Source of the DNA: Vicugna vicugna
Lineage: Eukaryota
Direction of reading: 5' to 3'
Assembly: GCA_013265495.1 (NCBI GenBank)
Contig: MU058463.1
Location: 62,001-126,000, forward strand
DNA: 64,000 nt
Made by a program: the position numbers and the translations under genes
The notes under the pieces: generated by a model
Told to the model about the DNA's origin: nothing
Databases searched by the model: none
Seen by the model: only the letters and a program-made list of their open reading frames with translations
Part shown: positions 39,868 to 52,175 of the stretch, in pieces
Position numbering within the stretch: the first letter of the stretch is position 1
Layout of the letters: every line of letters starts with the position of its first letter

Positions 39868-40758
39868 GCAAGAATAAGGGGTAGTGAAATATTTAAGATG
39901 TTGAAAAGAAAAAAAAAAAAAACCCACCAAAGTAGAATTCCCTATCTAGTAAAAGTTTCATTCAGAAATAAAGGAGAAATAAACATATTCAAGATAAACT
40001 CAAAAAATTTATTGCCACAGACTTATGCTACAAGAAATATAAAAAGAAATCCTTCATAGAGAAGATCAGTGATATAAGTCAGAAACCTGGTTCTAACATA
40101 GAAGAAGAGAGGGTAAAATAAAGAATAAATGAAATTAAGATAATTTGAAACTTTTCTTACTCTTAAAAGATAACTGTGTTTAGAATAAGAAAAGTAACGA
40201 TGCATTGGGTGGTTACAGCTTATGAGTAAATGGAATTAATGAGAACAATGTCAAAGGAGCTAGAGGGAAGAATTGAGAATACTGTAAGGTTATAAGCATA
40301 GGGCAATCCCACAAACACACAGACATAAACACAACTAAAAAGAAAATTGTAATATATATGTCAAGAGAGAATACAAAGTTGAAGCACATTAAACACTCAA
40401 TTAAAATTAGAGAAGGCAGAAAAAGAAAAACAATAATCAAATGCAACAAACGGAAAACAGTTGCAATTGTGGCAGATATTAATGCAACTATTTCAGTAAT
40501 TACTTTAAATAAGAATGGTCTAAATACACTAATTAAAAATAGAAAATGTAAGAGTGGATAAAAAACAAAGCCCACTGTATGTTATGTATAAGAAACTAAC
40601 TTTTAATGTAAAGAGAGAGTTAAGTGAATTTAAAGAAAAGTAGAATTGTATTAATTTCAGACAGAAATGTTTAAACCAAGGAAAATTAACAGGGACAAAA
40701 AGGACCAATACCTAATGGTACAGGAGTCAATTATTCAAGAAAACATAATTCTAAACAG

Positions 40759-41155
40759 TGTTAAAAAGAAACCACAACCCCCAAATGGCATCACTTGTGG
40801 TAAAGCCCATGGTACCAAACCTAGACTTAACACCTGACTTAACTGCAGTTTCAACCTTTCCCAAAAATGTGATCTTAACCAGTTTGGAATTTTCCGGCCA
40901 ACACCAATGAGGTAAGTTGTCATGCGGGCCCTCTCCATTCCCCAGGGGAAGAAGAGGCAATCTGCATGATAACACCCTTGCTTTGCCTTCCCCCAAAGAA
41001 GATGTCCTGGCCTAAAAACACCTTTTTTTCTCTTTTGCTAATAGTTCCCCTGACTTACCCTCCTGCTAGTTCCCAGATGGGATGCTGTCTGATTCATGAA
41101 TCACCTAATAAAGCCAATCATATCTTCAAATTTACTTAAATTTTGATTTTTAGCA
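40759..41155 (+). mobile_element. ERV1-type solo LTR
   Basis: tgttaaaaagaaaccaca ... aataaagccaat ... ttttagca interrupts L1 ORF2. TSD not clearly preserved. Confidence 0.8.
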
Positions 41156-41764
41156 CCTATATGAATCTAACAGCAGAGCATCAAAATATGAGAGACCAAA
41201 AACTGATAAAACTGCAAGGAAAAAACAGAAATACACTATTATACCTGGATACATAAACACTTCTTTTCTAGTACTGATAGATCAAGGGTTAACAAATCAG
41301 TGATGACACAGCTGACATTTACAACACCATCAATCAACTTAACCCATGTAACATTTATAGAAGCGCCCATTCAATGACAACATGTATGTTCTTCTCAAGA
41401 TGGCATGGGACATTTGCACAAATAGATCATATTCTAGGCCATTAAACACAGATGAAAAAAATTAAAAGAACAGAAATCATGTGATGTATATTTTTAGATC
41501 ACATTGGAATAAAACTAAAAATCAAGAACAGAAAGACAGACTGAAAATCTCCAGTTATTTAGAGGCTAAATATCACAGTATTGCATAATACCTGAGTCAA
41601 AGGAGTAGTCTCAAGAAACATTGAAAGTTCTTTTTAACTAAAAGTAAATGAAAATACATTTTATCAAAATTAGTGGATGCAGCAAAAGCATTGCTGAGAG
41701 TGATATTTTTAGCATTATGTGCATATATTATAAAAGAGGAAAAGTCTGAAATCAGTACTCTAAG

Positions 41765-42090
41765 TGTTATGGACTAAATTTTGTTCCCATCCCTGAAAAT
41801 TAATCTGTTGAAACCCTAATTTACAGTGTGGCTATAATTGGATATGGGGCATTCAAGGAAGTAATTAAAGCTGAAGGAGGTCACAGGGTGGGGTCTTGAT
41901 CCACTAGGATTAGTGCTCTTAAAAGAAAAGACTCCAGAGGACTCATGGTTTACATGAACACACAGCTAGAAAACAACCATCTGGAAGCAGAAAGAGAGCT
42001 CTCACCAGAAACCAAATTAGCTAGAATCTTGATATTGGACTCCAATACTCCAAAACTGTGAGTAAATAAATTTCTGCTGTTTAAACTTCC
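41765..42090 (+). mobile_element. MLT1A/B-like MaLR LTR, 3' end truncated
   Basis: tgttatggactaaat...gttgaaaccctaat...ctctcaccagaaacc...aactgtgagtaaataaatttctgctgtttaa. Confidence 0.85.
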
Positions 42091-42269
42091 TTGTAGAGGT
42101 GGAGTTCCACATGTGATTGAGCATTTGGAGATATGACTTATTCTAGGACTATGGTAGGACATGTACAAGATAAACCTGGAAAATCTTTCAGTGCCAGAAA
42201 GTAAGGGAATCTTCCAAAAAACTATAGCACTACACAGGCTTCCTGGTGTGAACAGCCGGTTGTCGAGAG

Positions 42270-42425
42270 TGAGTGGCACAGGTTCTGGACTTGACCTGAT
42301 TAGACTTCACTCCGAGTCTCTTTCTCTGCCTGAACTGTGATGTTGGGACGTCTTTTCAACTCCTTTTTTAATGTCCATAATTAAAATAATAATATTTTTA
42401 CTCATATGATTAATTTGAGAGGATT
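42270..42425 (+). mobile_element. MIR SINE
   Basis: gcacaggttctggac...ctgtgatgttggga...taaaataataata. Confidence 0.45.
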
Positions 42426-44094
42426 TTGTTGATAATTGGAAGATGAATGTTGATAATTTGTTTTCTTAGTGCAATGTCTTTCTCAAAATCATGTCTTAAC
42501 TATTCTAAATACAACCTATAATATCTGTTTTATAATTTAGGATCATACTCTATAGCATTCTGTAATCTGATTTTCAATATAATACTATGAAATGAATACT
42601 AGGTTCTTTGTAATATATTAAAAGTCAATGGGAGTCCACAAGAAAAGTTATGCCTTTTTTTCAATACTTCTTATACTCTTATGACTACATTCAATATATA
42701 AGATGAAACTATTTTTTCCAGCTTTTTCAACCAACAACTCTGATACTATAAGATATAAGAACTGGAGAATAAAATCTCATGTCAGTCCTAGTAGTTACAT
42801 TTAGCAAACATGGAATACTAAGTTTATTATTTCAAAGGATCTTGTTCCAAAGCCTATTTAATTTCTGTTTGTAGAATTAAGTTACTATTGTGCTGAGACT
42901 AACAGAATAGCTTGAAGGAAACTGCCAAGAGGTTAATTACCAAGTTCTCTTGAAAGTCAACACATTTTTTTCAGCAGTCTTTTCCACTAAGGAAGCCCCT
43001 AGGGTATTTATTGCCTGAAGAACATTACTATTAGCAAGATTTTTACTTTCTCTGAAAAGCTCCATATTCCAAATGAAATTCACTACTTAAAAAAGAAAGA
43101 CAAATATACCTGTAAATCATAGCGCCGAAGTTCTAAAATAATACCTTGGGCTCAAACACATTTATATACCTAACAATGTTGTGATTTAGAACTAAAGTTA
43201 TGATTATTTGTTTCAAAGGAAAATACATTGTGTGTTTTAAATATAATCTCTATCCTTTCATCTTGATGTAAACAACCAGTTTTGAAATATAGTATGTAGA
43301 TCAATTTAAAGAGTCAACAAGAAAGTTCAGCTAGTTTTGCAACAACTCCTAGCAGCTCAAGTCTATGTTTGGGTCTGTTGCTCTTATTTAAATGGCAATA
43401 TATTCAATGAGCAATACTATTACACATAATTTGTAATAATTCATCCTATAATGAATCAGCATTTTGAATATTTTTAGGCCATATATAAGAGATTACTTAC
43501 TACAATCGTATAATTTGAATTAGATCTAAACGCCATTTAAATGTGCTGTCATTCAATACCTTTTTCTTTCCCAAGAAAAATTTTGGTTATTGGTCATAGA
43601 ACTCCTGCTGTGAACATCACAGTTGTGGCCTAGTGTTCTTCAAAAGTCCTTCAGACAGCACTCTCAATGAATCATATTTAGGAGTTAAGATGAACTCTAT
43701 TTTTCACTCTGTATTTCATCCAATTCTCTCTCTGTCACATGTACCTCTGAGGACATCATTCTGATTCTGCTTGAACACTTCTAGGAATGAAGAACTTATT
43801 ACATGATAAGACAACACCATTCATTTTGGGAAAGTTAACAAATATTGAAGTGTCACTTGTTAGTTTAAACCAAAGGGGACTTAACCATTATTTCCAGACA
43901 TTGATTCAAATTCACTTTCTTCAGACCATTAAAATAAAAGTTGAATTTTTTTTTTTACTAGAAGAATCTTGAAATAAATTTGCTGCAAAAGAAACTTGGA
44001 GATTCTGCAGCAGTGTATATATAGGGAGTAAGTGGAAATGGCTCAAGGAGCTTACCAATCTTAGCAAATTGTGGCTTTCTCTTGACAGATATTG

Positions 44095-45420
44095 GTGGAC
44101 CACACTGTTGAAATAAAGATAGGATTATTGTGATGACAATGCCATTCAGAAAGGTTTGGAAGAACAGGAAAAACATGAAAATCACTGGTCCATGGTAATT
44201 CTGAATCTCAGGCAAGCAAACTGTTGCCAGGACTTCCTCCTCTTAGGAAAGAAAATATTCCTTGATGAGAACTTAGTTTTGCACCAAGAGAGTGGCTCCC
44301 AAGTTCATATATGTACTTCTTTAAATTTTCTTTGGTCCAGGTTCTTCTCACTAAGATAAAATTCCTTTTTCTATTAGAAATTATCCATATCTGATTTCTC
44401 AGCCTTTTTCTTAACAACACAAAGTTGGAAGTTCAAAGTTCTTTTTTCCTTTTTTTTTTTTTTGTTTTCAATTTTTAACTGTCTTCTCCTTTTTTCTCCA
44501 AGCCAGTAGTACTGCTTTTGTCAGTACAATTTGATTAAAAGTTTATGGGTTTCTTGTACACCCGATGTGTGTCCACTCCATGTGCCAAAAGCCACATTTC
44601 ATAATATATCTTACTATGTTGCTCTCTGTGTCAAGCTACTGAGAAACAACCTTAAAATTTTTAGAAGCCCTTTTTGTCAAGCTTAGAATGACTACTAGGT
44701 ACTTCTTTAAATCTTTCAGAGGTCTTAACAAGGATTCTTAGAACTGAAGCCTTGAACTGATTTTTGATACCAGATCTTGTTTCACTTTGTGACTCTTTGT
44801 CGGCAGAGGAGACTGAAGATGAGAATATTATTCAGCAAGGGCTGGATCTTCTCTAATTCCTCTAAAGTCTGCTTACAAACTAAATTTTATTTTTCCATTA
44901 GGTCATCTCTGTCTCTTCCCTTATCTTATCAGACTCTAGGGCCAACCAATTGCAATTTTTGTCGTCTTGCCTTATTACATTAGTCACACTCAAGTACATT
45001 TTTAAATGATTTTTTATTTTCCACAGTACTACAGAAGAGCATTTTGCTAATTTTCTGCCACTATTCCAACAGTTCTAGTTTCTCTAACCTAGTTTAAAAA
45101 AAATCACTTTTTCCAGGACTATCAAAAATTAGAGCATAATATTCACATCCTTTTCTGTTTTCTTGCCACATTTCCAGCCTCAACATGGTTCTAGCCAATG
45201 CCACGTGGTTTATATCTGTGTTAAGGCAGAATCTCAAATTTCACATCACACTTTGTGCCAGTTTGCTCTTGCTGCATGGCAAATCATGTCAAAATGTATT
45301 GGCTTAAGACAAGAATTATGTATTCATTTTTACAGTGCTGTGGGTTTACAGGTTAACCATTTTGGTCTGGAAGGGACGCGCATCATTTGTGCTTATTTTC
45401 CTCTAGTGAACATCCGGCAT
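44095..45420 (-). mobile_element. Old MLT1 internal region plus LTR fragment
   Basis: ccattcagaaagg...tcactggtccatggtaattctgaat (similar to 50880-51010), tttgctaattttctgccacta, then LTR-like ttgctgcatggcaaatcatgtcaaaatgtattggcttaagacaa. Confidence 0.6.
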
Positions 45421-48400
45421 ATGACACCAAAGAAATGCAAGTGGGCTAGAAAATAAGAGTCTAATAGTACTGCGAGGAAGATAAGGTTCTTATTATTGAT
45501 GAATAATCAATAGAACTTTTTGTCAAGCTGAGGATGACTTAGCATTTGCCATAGCACTCTATTAATAACCCATACTGTTTCTTACTAAACGCATTTATTT
45601 TTAGTTTCAAAATTTTACTATAGTCAACATATCCCTATATCTATTAAAAAGCATCTTGTTGTATTGTGAGTAAAGTTTGTGTATACTTAAGTTACTTACA
45701 TATCTATTATACATTTAAAAAGTATTCATTCTCCTATTATAAATAGGACTATTTTTGAAAGTGACAATTTTGAAAGGAAGAGCCCAGATAAAATACAGAT
45801 TCTAGCTTAGTCAGAGTGAAACAGCTGAACATTATGCTTTATTCAAACAATTTTACTTTTGCTCTTTATCTGAAGACCCCAAAAGGTATCAGATTATTGG
45901 TGGGAGAAGAGTAAGGGAAAGCACTTCGTGATGTGAGCATCGTGTAATCATAGTGCTCATGCGAAGTGACTCTAGGGAAAGCCGGTCGTTAGAGTCTCCA
46001 GGGATAATTCTGAAAGCTGTTGACAGAAGAGAACACACAGGGCCATGGCAGAACCACTGAGGTATTTAGGACCTTCAGTTCATCTCCTCTGAGGGGGTGA
46101 TTTAATTTTGGTCTTTTTCCTTCTCCAGTCAATGTGCCTGAATGGTAACAAATGCTCTACATGACTTCATGGATGTCTGGATCCTGATCTTGACTTGATT
46201 GTGTTTTCTCATGTTCCTGGTTTCTCTTTGTGTTGTCTGATAGCTCTTTTAAAGGATTCTATATATTTCTTGTTTCCAATCATTCTTGATGTTCAGACCC
46301 CAAGTTATGGTTGCTTCCTTTACCAGACACAGTTAGCCTTGGTATTGTTATTCTTGTTGAAACTGAATTTTAACCTTGACTTTTCTTTTTCAACTTGACT
46401 TTTTCTGCTAAACTGTTTCAGTAGGAAGGAGTATTAGCTTTGCTGTCAAATAAACATAAAAATGATGAAAATAATAGAGAAATTTGCCTCCAGAAACTCC
46501 TAAGAATTGTTGATGTAACTAAATATTTTCCTTAACTGTAAATGAAGATGTTGCTTTACTATTGTGAATAAACATCTTTGCTTCAAATGGATATCTCTGT
46601 TTGAGATGAGATGAAAAGTTTGGCACTGTGATCAAATCCCTCATGCTCTGCACAGCTTTGAAACTAATGATTATGTTAAAAGGCACAGTTATTACATATC
46701 TGAAAATAGAGTTTGTTCAAATTTAAATGCTGCATGTACTCACAGAGAGCTGAGTTATTGCAAATGTTAAAATAAAGGAATATTGAGCTTAGAGGTACTA
46801 TGTTTATAAATATTGGGAATTATACAATTTTACAAGGATTTCTGCATCAATCAGAAAATAATTAGAACATACTCTTTTTTAAACATTAAAGTAGAAATTC
46901 AGTAATATTGCTTGATTTTGGATCACTGATATTCTGCAAACACGTCTAGATTTCAATTTGCTTGAACTTAATTTAAAAACATTTATTTGAGAAAATATGA
47001 ATTCTATTGGTTTAAACTTGTTGCTAGGTTTTGAGGGATACTTTCTATAATAAAATATGATGTAATTATTACTGAGCTTAAAAAAGGCTTCAAATATTCA
47101 GAAAGGATACCTAAAAAGCAAAAACTAAATGTTCTAACTTTTAATATGTAGCTAAATGTGGTAATATACAATTGTGCATAGAAATAGGAATGGGGCTGAT
47201 CCTAGTGGTTTGAAACTGTCTCACTTGTATCAATAAACAGACATATGTTCCACTAAATTATACCCCACCCACTGTTTATTTCTTACTCACTAATAACATC
47301 ACAGGAAAAGAACAGAGCTATTAAAAGATGAACAGTGAATGAGATATAAGGAACTGTAAAATCTTTGGTACAATATATACACATTACTCATCCATAGCCT
47401 TTTCACATCCAAATCACATATATTTGTATATCTCTCACTCTTGTAAAGTTTTATTTTTGAAACTGCATTCACACTGAGTATATCCAACTGAAAAAAAATC
47501 ACAAGGTATATAAAGGATTTGATTTAAAATTATATGTCTCATAAATATAACATGAAAAATATTTGTATTCCAGTGTAACTTTGGTAATAAAAGAGGCTAA
47601 TGAAACATAAAATTTAAAGGAGTTAATTTTCTCATTTGACCTTCAATATTTATGAATGATGTAAAATAAAATTTGATAATATTTTTAAATGTATACATTT
47701 TTCCCTAATAGTTGAGACATTCTTGTATAAATAATTTGGTCATATTAACTGAACCATTATAACAAATTGGTGTTTAAGAATTACACACACATACATACAC
47801 AATGACAAACTGACTATTTTTCAACCTGGTTTATAACAAAAAGAAAACTTGTGGTTACTCTGCTTTTACCTGTATAGAGTTTGCCTAGTTTTTCTCTTAC
47901 CAGATGTTAGCTTATTATGGTAAATATTTGTGTCTTATACTACTGAGATGAGTCCATGTCTGATTAGTATTTCTAACTGTACAATTCTTTTTTGTTCCAA
48001 AATGTTGATTCAAATATCTAATTGCTAATGTAGATGCAATTCATCTGAGTCATTAGATGATTAATTTCATAAAAAACAGAAATGTGTAATCTACATAGTG
48101 GTGTACTAACAATCTGCTTCATTCATTTTGTAATTACCATCTGTTAGTATTGATGTGGTAGAGTCTGCCCGTGTCATATAAAATTACAACTAGGAGACAC
48201 TTATAGTAAGCAATACCATAAGCAGTAGATCACTATTAGTGACATACTAAACACATATTCAGGATGGCTCTTAAATCTTGGAAATTTCACCATTAACATT
48301 ATAAATATTTCAGTTGAAAATTATGACTAATGTTAATTACTTAAAGCATTTTTCTCTTTAAATCTTGTTTAATTTTGTTTTTTTACAGATTCCATTTAGA

Positions 48401-48449
48401 AGAAACTAATGCATTTTCAGCACCAACATATCATGTCTTAAAGATTATA

Positions 48450-48660
48450 TCATTCATTCAATGAATTTTTGTGGATTAAGTAGGTATCTGGCCCTATGTT
48501 ATGTACTGGAAATATAAAAATGACAATATTAAGCACTTACTATCAAGGAGTTGGTAGAATGCAGATGATAAAGACATAAATTAGTTATAACAAAACTACA
48601 ATGTACAAAATACAGGGGACTTTGTTCTGCATAGGGTTGTATGCAGGTATATCTTTTTAA
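48450..48660 (-). mobile_element. L2 3' end
   Basis: tcattcattcaatgaatt tail and following L2 motifs. Confidence 0.6.
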
Positions 48661-48694
48661 AGAGGTTGATAAGTAAAATGAATCTTGATTCTTG

Positions 48695-49174
48695 TCCCAG
48701 TTAATTTTATGCTTCAACTTGATTAGACTATGGTGCCCAGTTATTTGGTCCAACAGTAATCTAGATGGTTATCTAGATGTTGCTGTGAAGGTATTTTGTA
48801 GGCATGATTAATATTTATAACATGTAGACTCTCTCTCTGAATGTGTGTGTTAGAGATTTATTTTGAAGAATTGACTCACAAGATTGTCTGAAATTTGTAG
48901 GCTAAGGCAGCAGTCTGGAAGTTCAGGTAGGATTTCTATTTTACAGTCTTGAGGCAAAATTTCTTTCTTCGACAGGAAAATGCAGTTTTTTGGCTCTTAA
49001 ATTCTTCAGCTGATTGCATAAGTCCCACCCATATTACGGAGGGTCTTCTGCTGTTCTTGAAACATATGCATATGAAAAAAAGTTAAAAAAAAAAAAAGTA
49101 TGTGTGTGTGTGTGTGTGTGTGTGTAGAGAGGGAAAATACAGAAACAGAACCAATAGGTTCAATGACAAATACA
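48695..49174 (+). mobile_element. MLT2-family LTR with internally inverted segments
   Basis: Sense 5' part gttaattttatgcttcaacttga...ggtgcccagttatttggtc; antisense middle; antisense agaaacagaaccaatagg; sense end tgacaaataca. Confidence 0.75.
49100..49125. repeat. (TG)n microsatellite
   Basis: Direct observation. Confidence 0.9.
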
Positions 49175-50134
49175 TATATAGAATCAGTTACATATTTATG
49201 TTATATAAATATCATACATATATATATATATGATACATATGTACAAATCACTTGGTAATAACCCTGGCAGGGTGATTCCAGATTCTGAATTGATATCATC
49301 ACTAACCTTAGAAGCAGTTTATACAGCGTGATTATGAAGAGGGAAATTATTTTGGCTGTCAGAGGTGGGACATCTGGTTTAGCATCTAAGGAGAGAATAA
49401 GGGAATAATTCAATTAAATAGCACTAATTATCAGGGTATAAATAATGATAAAAGGTGTTATATGTTTTAGTTTTAATATATTTTGTACAGCAAGCATAGA
49501 AAATGGCATATGTCATGTAATTCAATCTGAAAGACCTAAGTCCAATAACTAATTATGTGGTATGGACGTTTAAAAATTCACTATAATTGTAATTCCTATG
49601 ATACTGCAATACAGATGACTTGTAACTTCTTACAAAGCCATAAAATCTATAAGAAAAAAAGTTTATGCTCATAATTTTAGTTTTGCTTTTAAACTTGTAG
49701 TGAATACAACTACTATGATATTTCTTGATACTTTATATCTTTAGTTCTTTAGATTCTATCTTAATCTATTTACTTCTTTCTTCCAAAAGCCTTAAATTAA
49801 GTCACATTACCACAAAGGAATATGGCATTGACCATGGTTTTTGGATAATAAGGTTAAGCTTTAGGCAATTTACACCCCCAAAAGCTCCGGTAAATTGTTA
49901 CACAATTAAACTGGATTTAACCATTCATTTCATACTTCAGAGAAAGTATTCTAGTGTAGAAAAAATGAAGGGATAAAATATTCATTTAGAGGCTTTCATT
50001 TGCCAATCAGTGCTTTAAATTCTTCAAGTGTGAATTGAAAAATGAGGTTATAAGGATTAAATTATATTCATTCAAAAAGATTTATTGAGAGCCTATAAAA
50101 TGACTGATACTATACTGACTTAAGATGGTTAGCA

Positions 50135-51480
50135 GATGTTCAATTATACACCGTTGCATAGCAAACTTCTCCCAAATTCAGTAACTTAAAACAACAAGCA
50201 TTTGATTATATCTCACAATTTTGTGGGTCAACACACAGGGCAAGGCTGGAGTCCAGGCAAAGCTCAGCTGGACAGTTTTTCAGTCTCATTTGGTGTTGAG
50301 TGGTGTAAACTGGTGGTACTCAGCTGAAGGCTGACTGGCCTGGGGTGTTCCTGATGGCTTCACTCACATGCATGGGACTGTGCCACAAAGGTTGAAAGGC
50401 TGGAACTGACTGGTCCTTTCTTCCTCTCCACGTAGTCTGAATTTTTCAGTGTGGCCTCTCCAGGTGGGTGGTTGAGATTCTTACCTAGCGACTAAGGGCT
50501 CCAAAAAAGACTAATGCAGAAGTTGGCCTTTTCCCTAGAGACTAAGCCAGAAACTCACATACTATCACATCTGCATACTCAACATTAAAACAAGTCACAG
50601 GCCAGCAGAGCTGGAAGAGGAGGGGAATCAGACAACACCATTCAATGAGAGAATGCTAAAGAACGTGTGGTCATTTTTAATCTGACATTGCTTGCTATCA
50701 GGTCACAAGTTCTTTTACATATTTCACCCTTCTCTCATGACCTACAGTGTATCCTCTTAATAGACTGTCTTCTCCCATTTTGGGAAATCACATCTGAATC
50801 AACTCCAGTGTCATTCCACATGCGTGACTCCTCTCAATCTAAAAGCTTGTGAACTAAAGAAAAAAGTTATTTATCTTTCACACCCCCATCATACAATGGT
50901 GAGTCAGTCATAGGATAGTTATAATAGCCATTTCCATTAACAAGTCATTGGTTCTGGGAGACGTTAGGCAAACAGCAGTCACTGGTGGATTGTAATGCTG
51001 AAATCCAGCTGGGCATGTGTGGTCAATTCCTTGATTAAGATTTATTCCTCCTCCCAGAAAAAGATTCTCTGTACATCTTGGCTCCACCCTCTGGCTCTTG
51101 TTTCTGACTCATTAGTCATCCATTATTTTTCCATGAGAAATAGCTAAATGTTTGCAGGTGAGTGAATATATTTATCTCTGCTTCTGCTTGTAGTACACAG
51201 TAAGTCCAAAGGCTTCTTTTTATGTTGTGCTGCTTTTCTAGCTTTTGGTTCAAGGTGTTATAATATCTTTAAAAATGTCATGAGGTTCCTGTTTTAAATT
51301 ATTCCTTTACTTCAGTAGTGAAAAGCCACACCTGCAATTCTTTCTGAGACAGTTGTTTATTGAGATGACAGACAGGGCATTCTGTGAAAATGTCATTAAT
51401 GTCTTAATTTTTTTTCTTGTTTGTGTAATAATGCTAGAGGTCCTTTTGTACAGAAGACGGGTTCTAGGAGTCACACCTTA
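50135..51480 (-). mobile_element. MLT1H-like LTR (~50135-50688) plus adjoining internal region
   Basis: cttaaaacaacaagcatttgattatatctcacaattttgtgggtca...gatggcttcactcacatg...caagtcacaggccagc...gtggtcatttttaatct, followed by MaLR-int motifs. Confidence 0.8.
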
Positions 51481-52084
51481 ACACTCTCAAGGCAAGAATC
51501 AAGACAACATCTCTGTGCCTCAAACTCCTGGGGACACAAGACAAGATTACTTTCATTTGGTTTGAGGGGACTATGAGGTCTCCCATAGAGCATAGAGGAC
51601 ATTAATGTAGCGCTCAAAATGACACCATTCTCCCCTCCAAATATTTTTTCGTATAACTCTCTAGGCTATTTATATGCAACTGGAGATGAGTAATGGATAT
51701 TTATTGTCAAACAACTGTGTGATCATTCCTATACTAAGGAATTTAAGGGTTCTACTTGCATAATGTTGAGACTGTGAGGGTGATTTTTATTTATTGTCCT
51801 TGGCTTTGAGGCTTTATCTTACATGACTTTCTAGGATAACTGAAAGTGCCTCCTCCTTCTACACCCTGTTACATACTTTAATATATCCTTTTATTTCATC
51901 AAATATTATATTATCATACATGTGTTCACTGCAACAGCAAAATACAGATTGGGATAACATTTATCTTCTGCCAGTTGCAGAGGGAAGCTGTCAGTTGTTG
52001 AGCAAATGTACCGTGATACAAAAATGTCTCATGAACTGTTCCTAGGTCATGTATATACACAATCATAAAAACATAAGTCTTATT

Positions 52085-52175
52085 AGACATGTACTTCTAT
52101 TTCTACTTTATAAACAAGAAAGCTGAGTATTTGGAGATGTTAATTACTCAAGGTCACATAACTCCTGATTATCAG
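52085..52175 (-). mobile_element. MIR fragment
   Basis: gaaagctgag...gttaattactcaaggtcacata. Confidence 0.5.

Larger units (their letters stand above)
37725..42230 (+). mobile_element. Old L1 (L1MC/L1MD-type): 5' UTR, ORF1, ORF2 EN region and a 3' UTR piece, with three nested LTRs
   Basis: 5' UTR motif acaggtgaatccagagagtcacagc; ORF1 remnants (NAISRLNRW..KKISELE); ORF2 start (ISVITLNKNGLNTLIK); 3' piece tacaagataaacctggaaaatct...gccagaaagtaagg at ~42110-42230. Confidence 0.85.

Noticed and set aside
44056..44104. Minus-strand 49-nt exon-like segment with good splice signals
   Set aside because: The acceptor falls in MaLR internal sequence, it is not frame-preserving, and the peptide is unrecognised.
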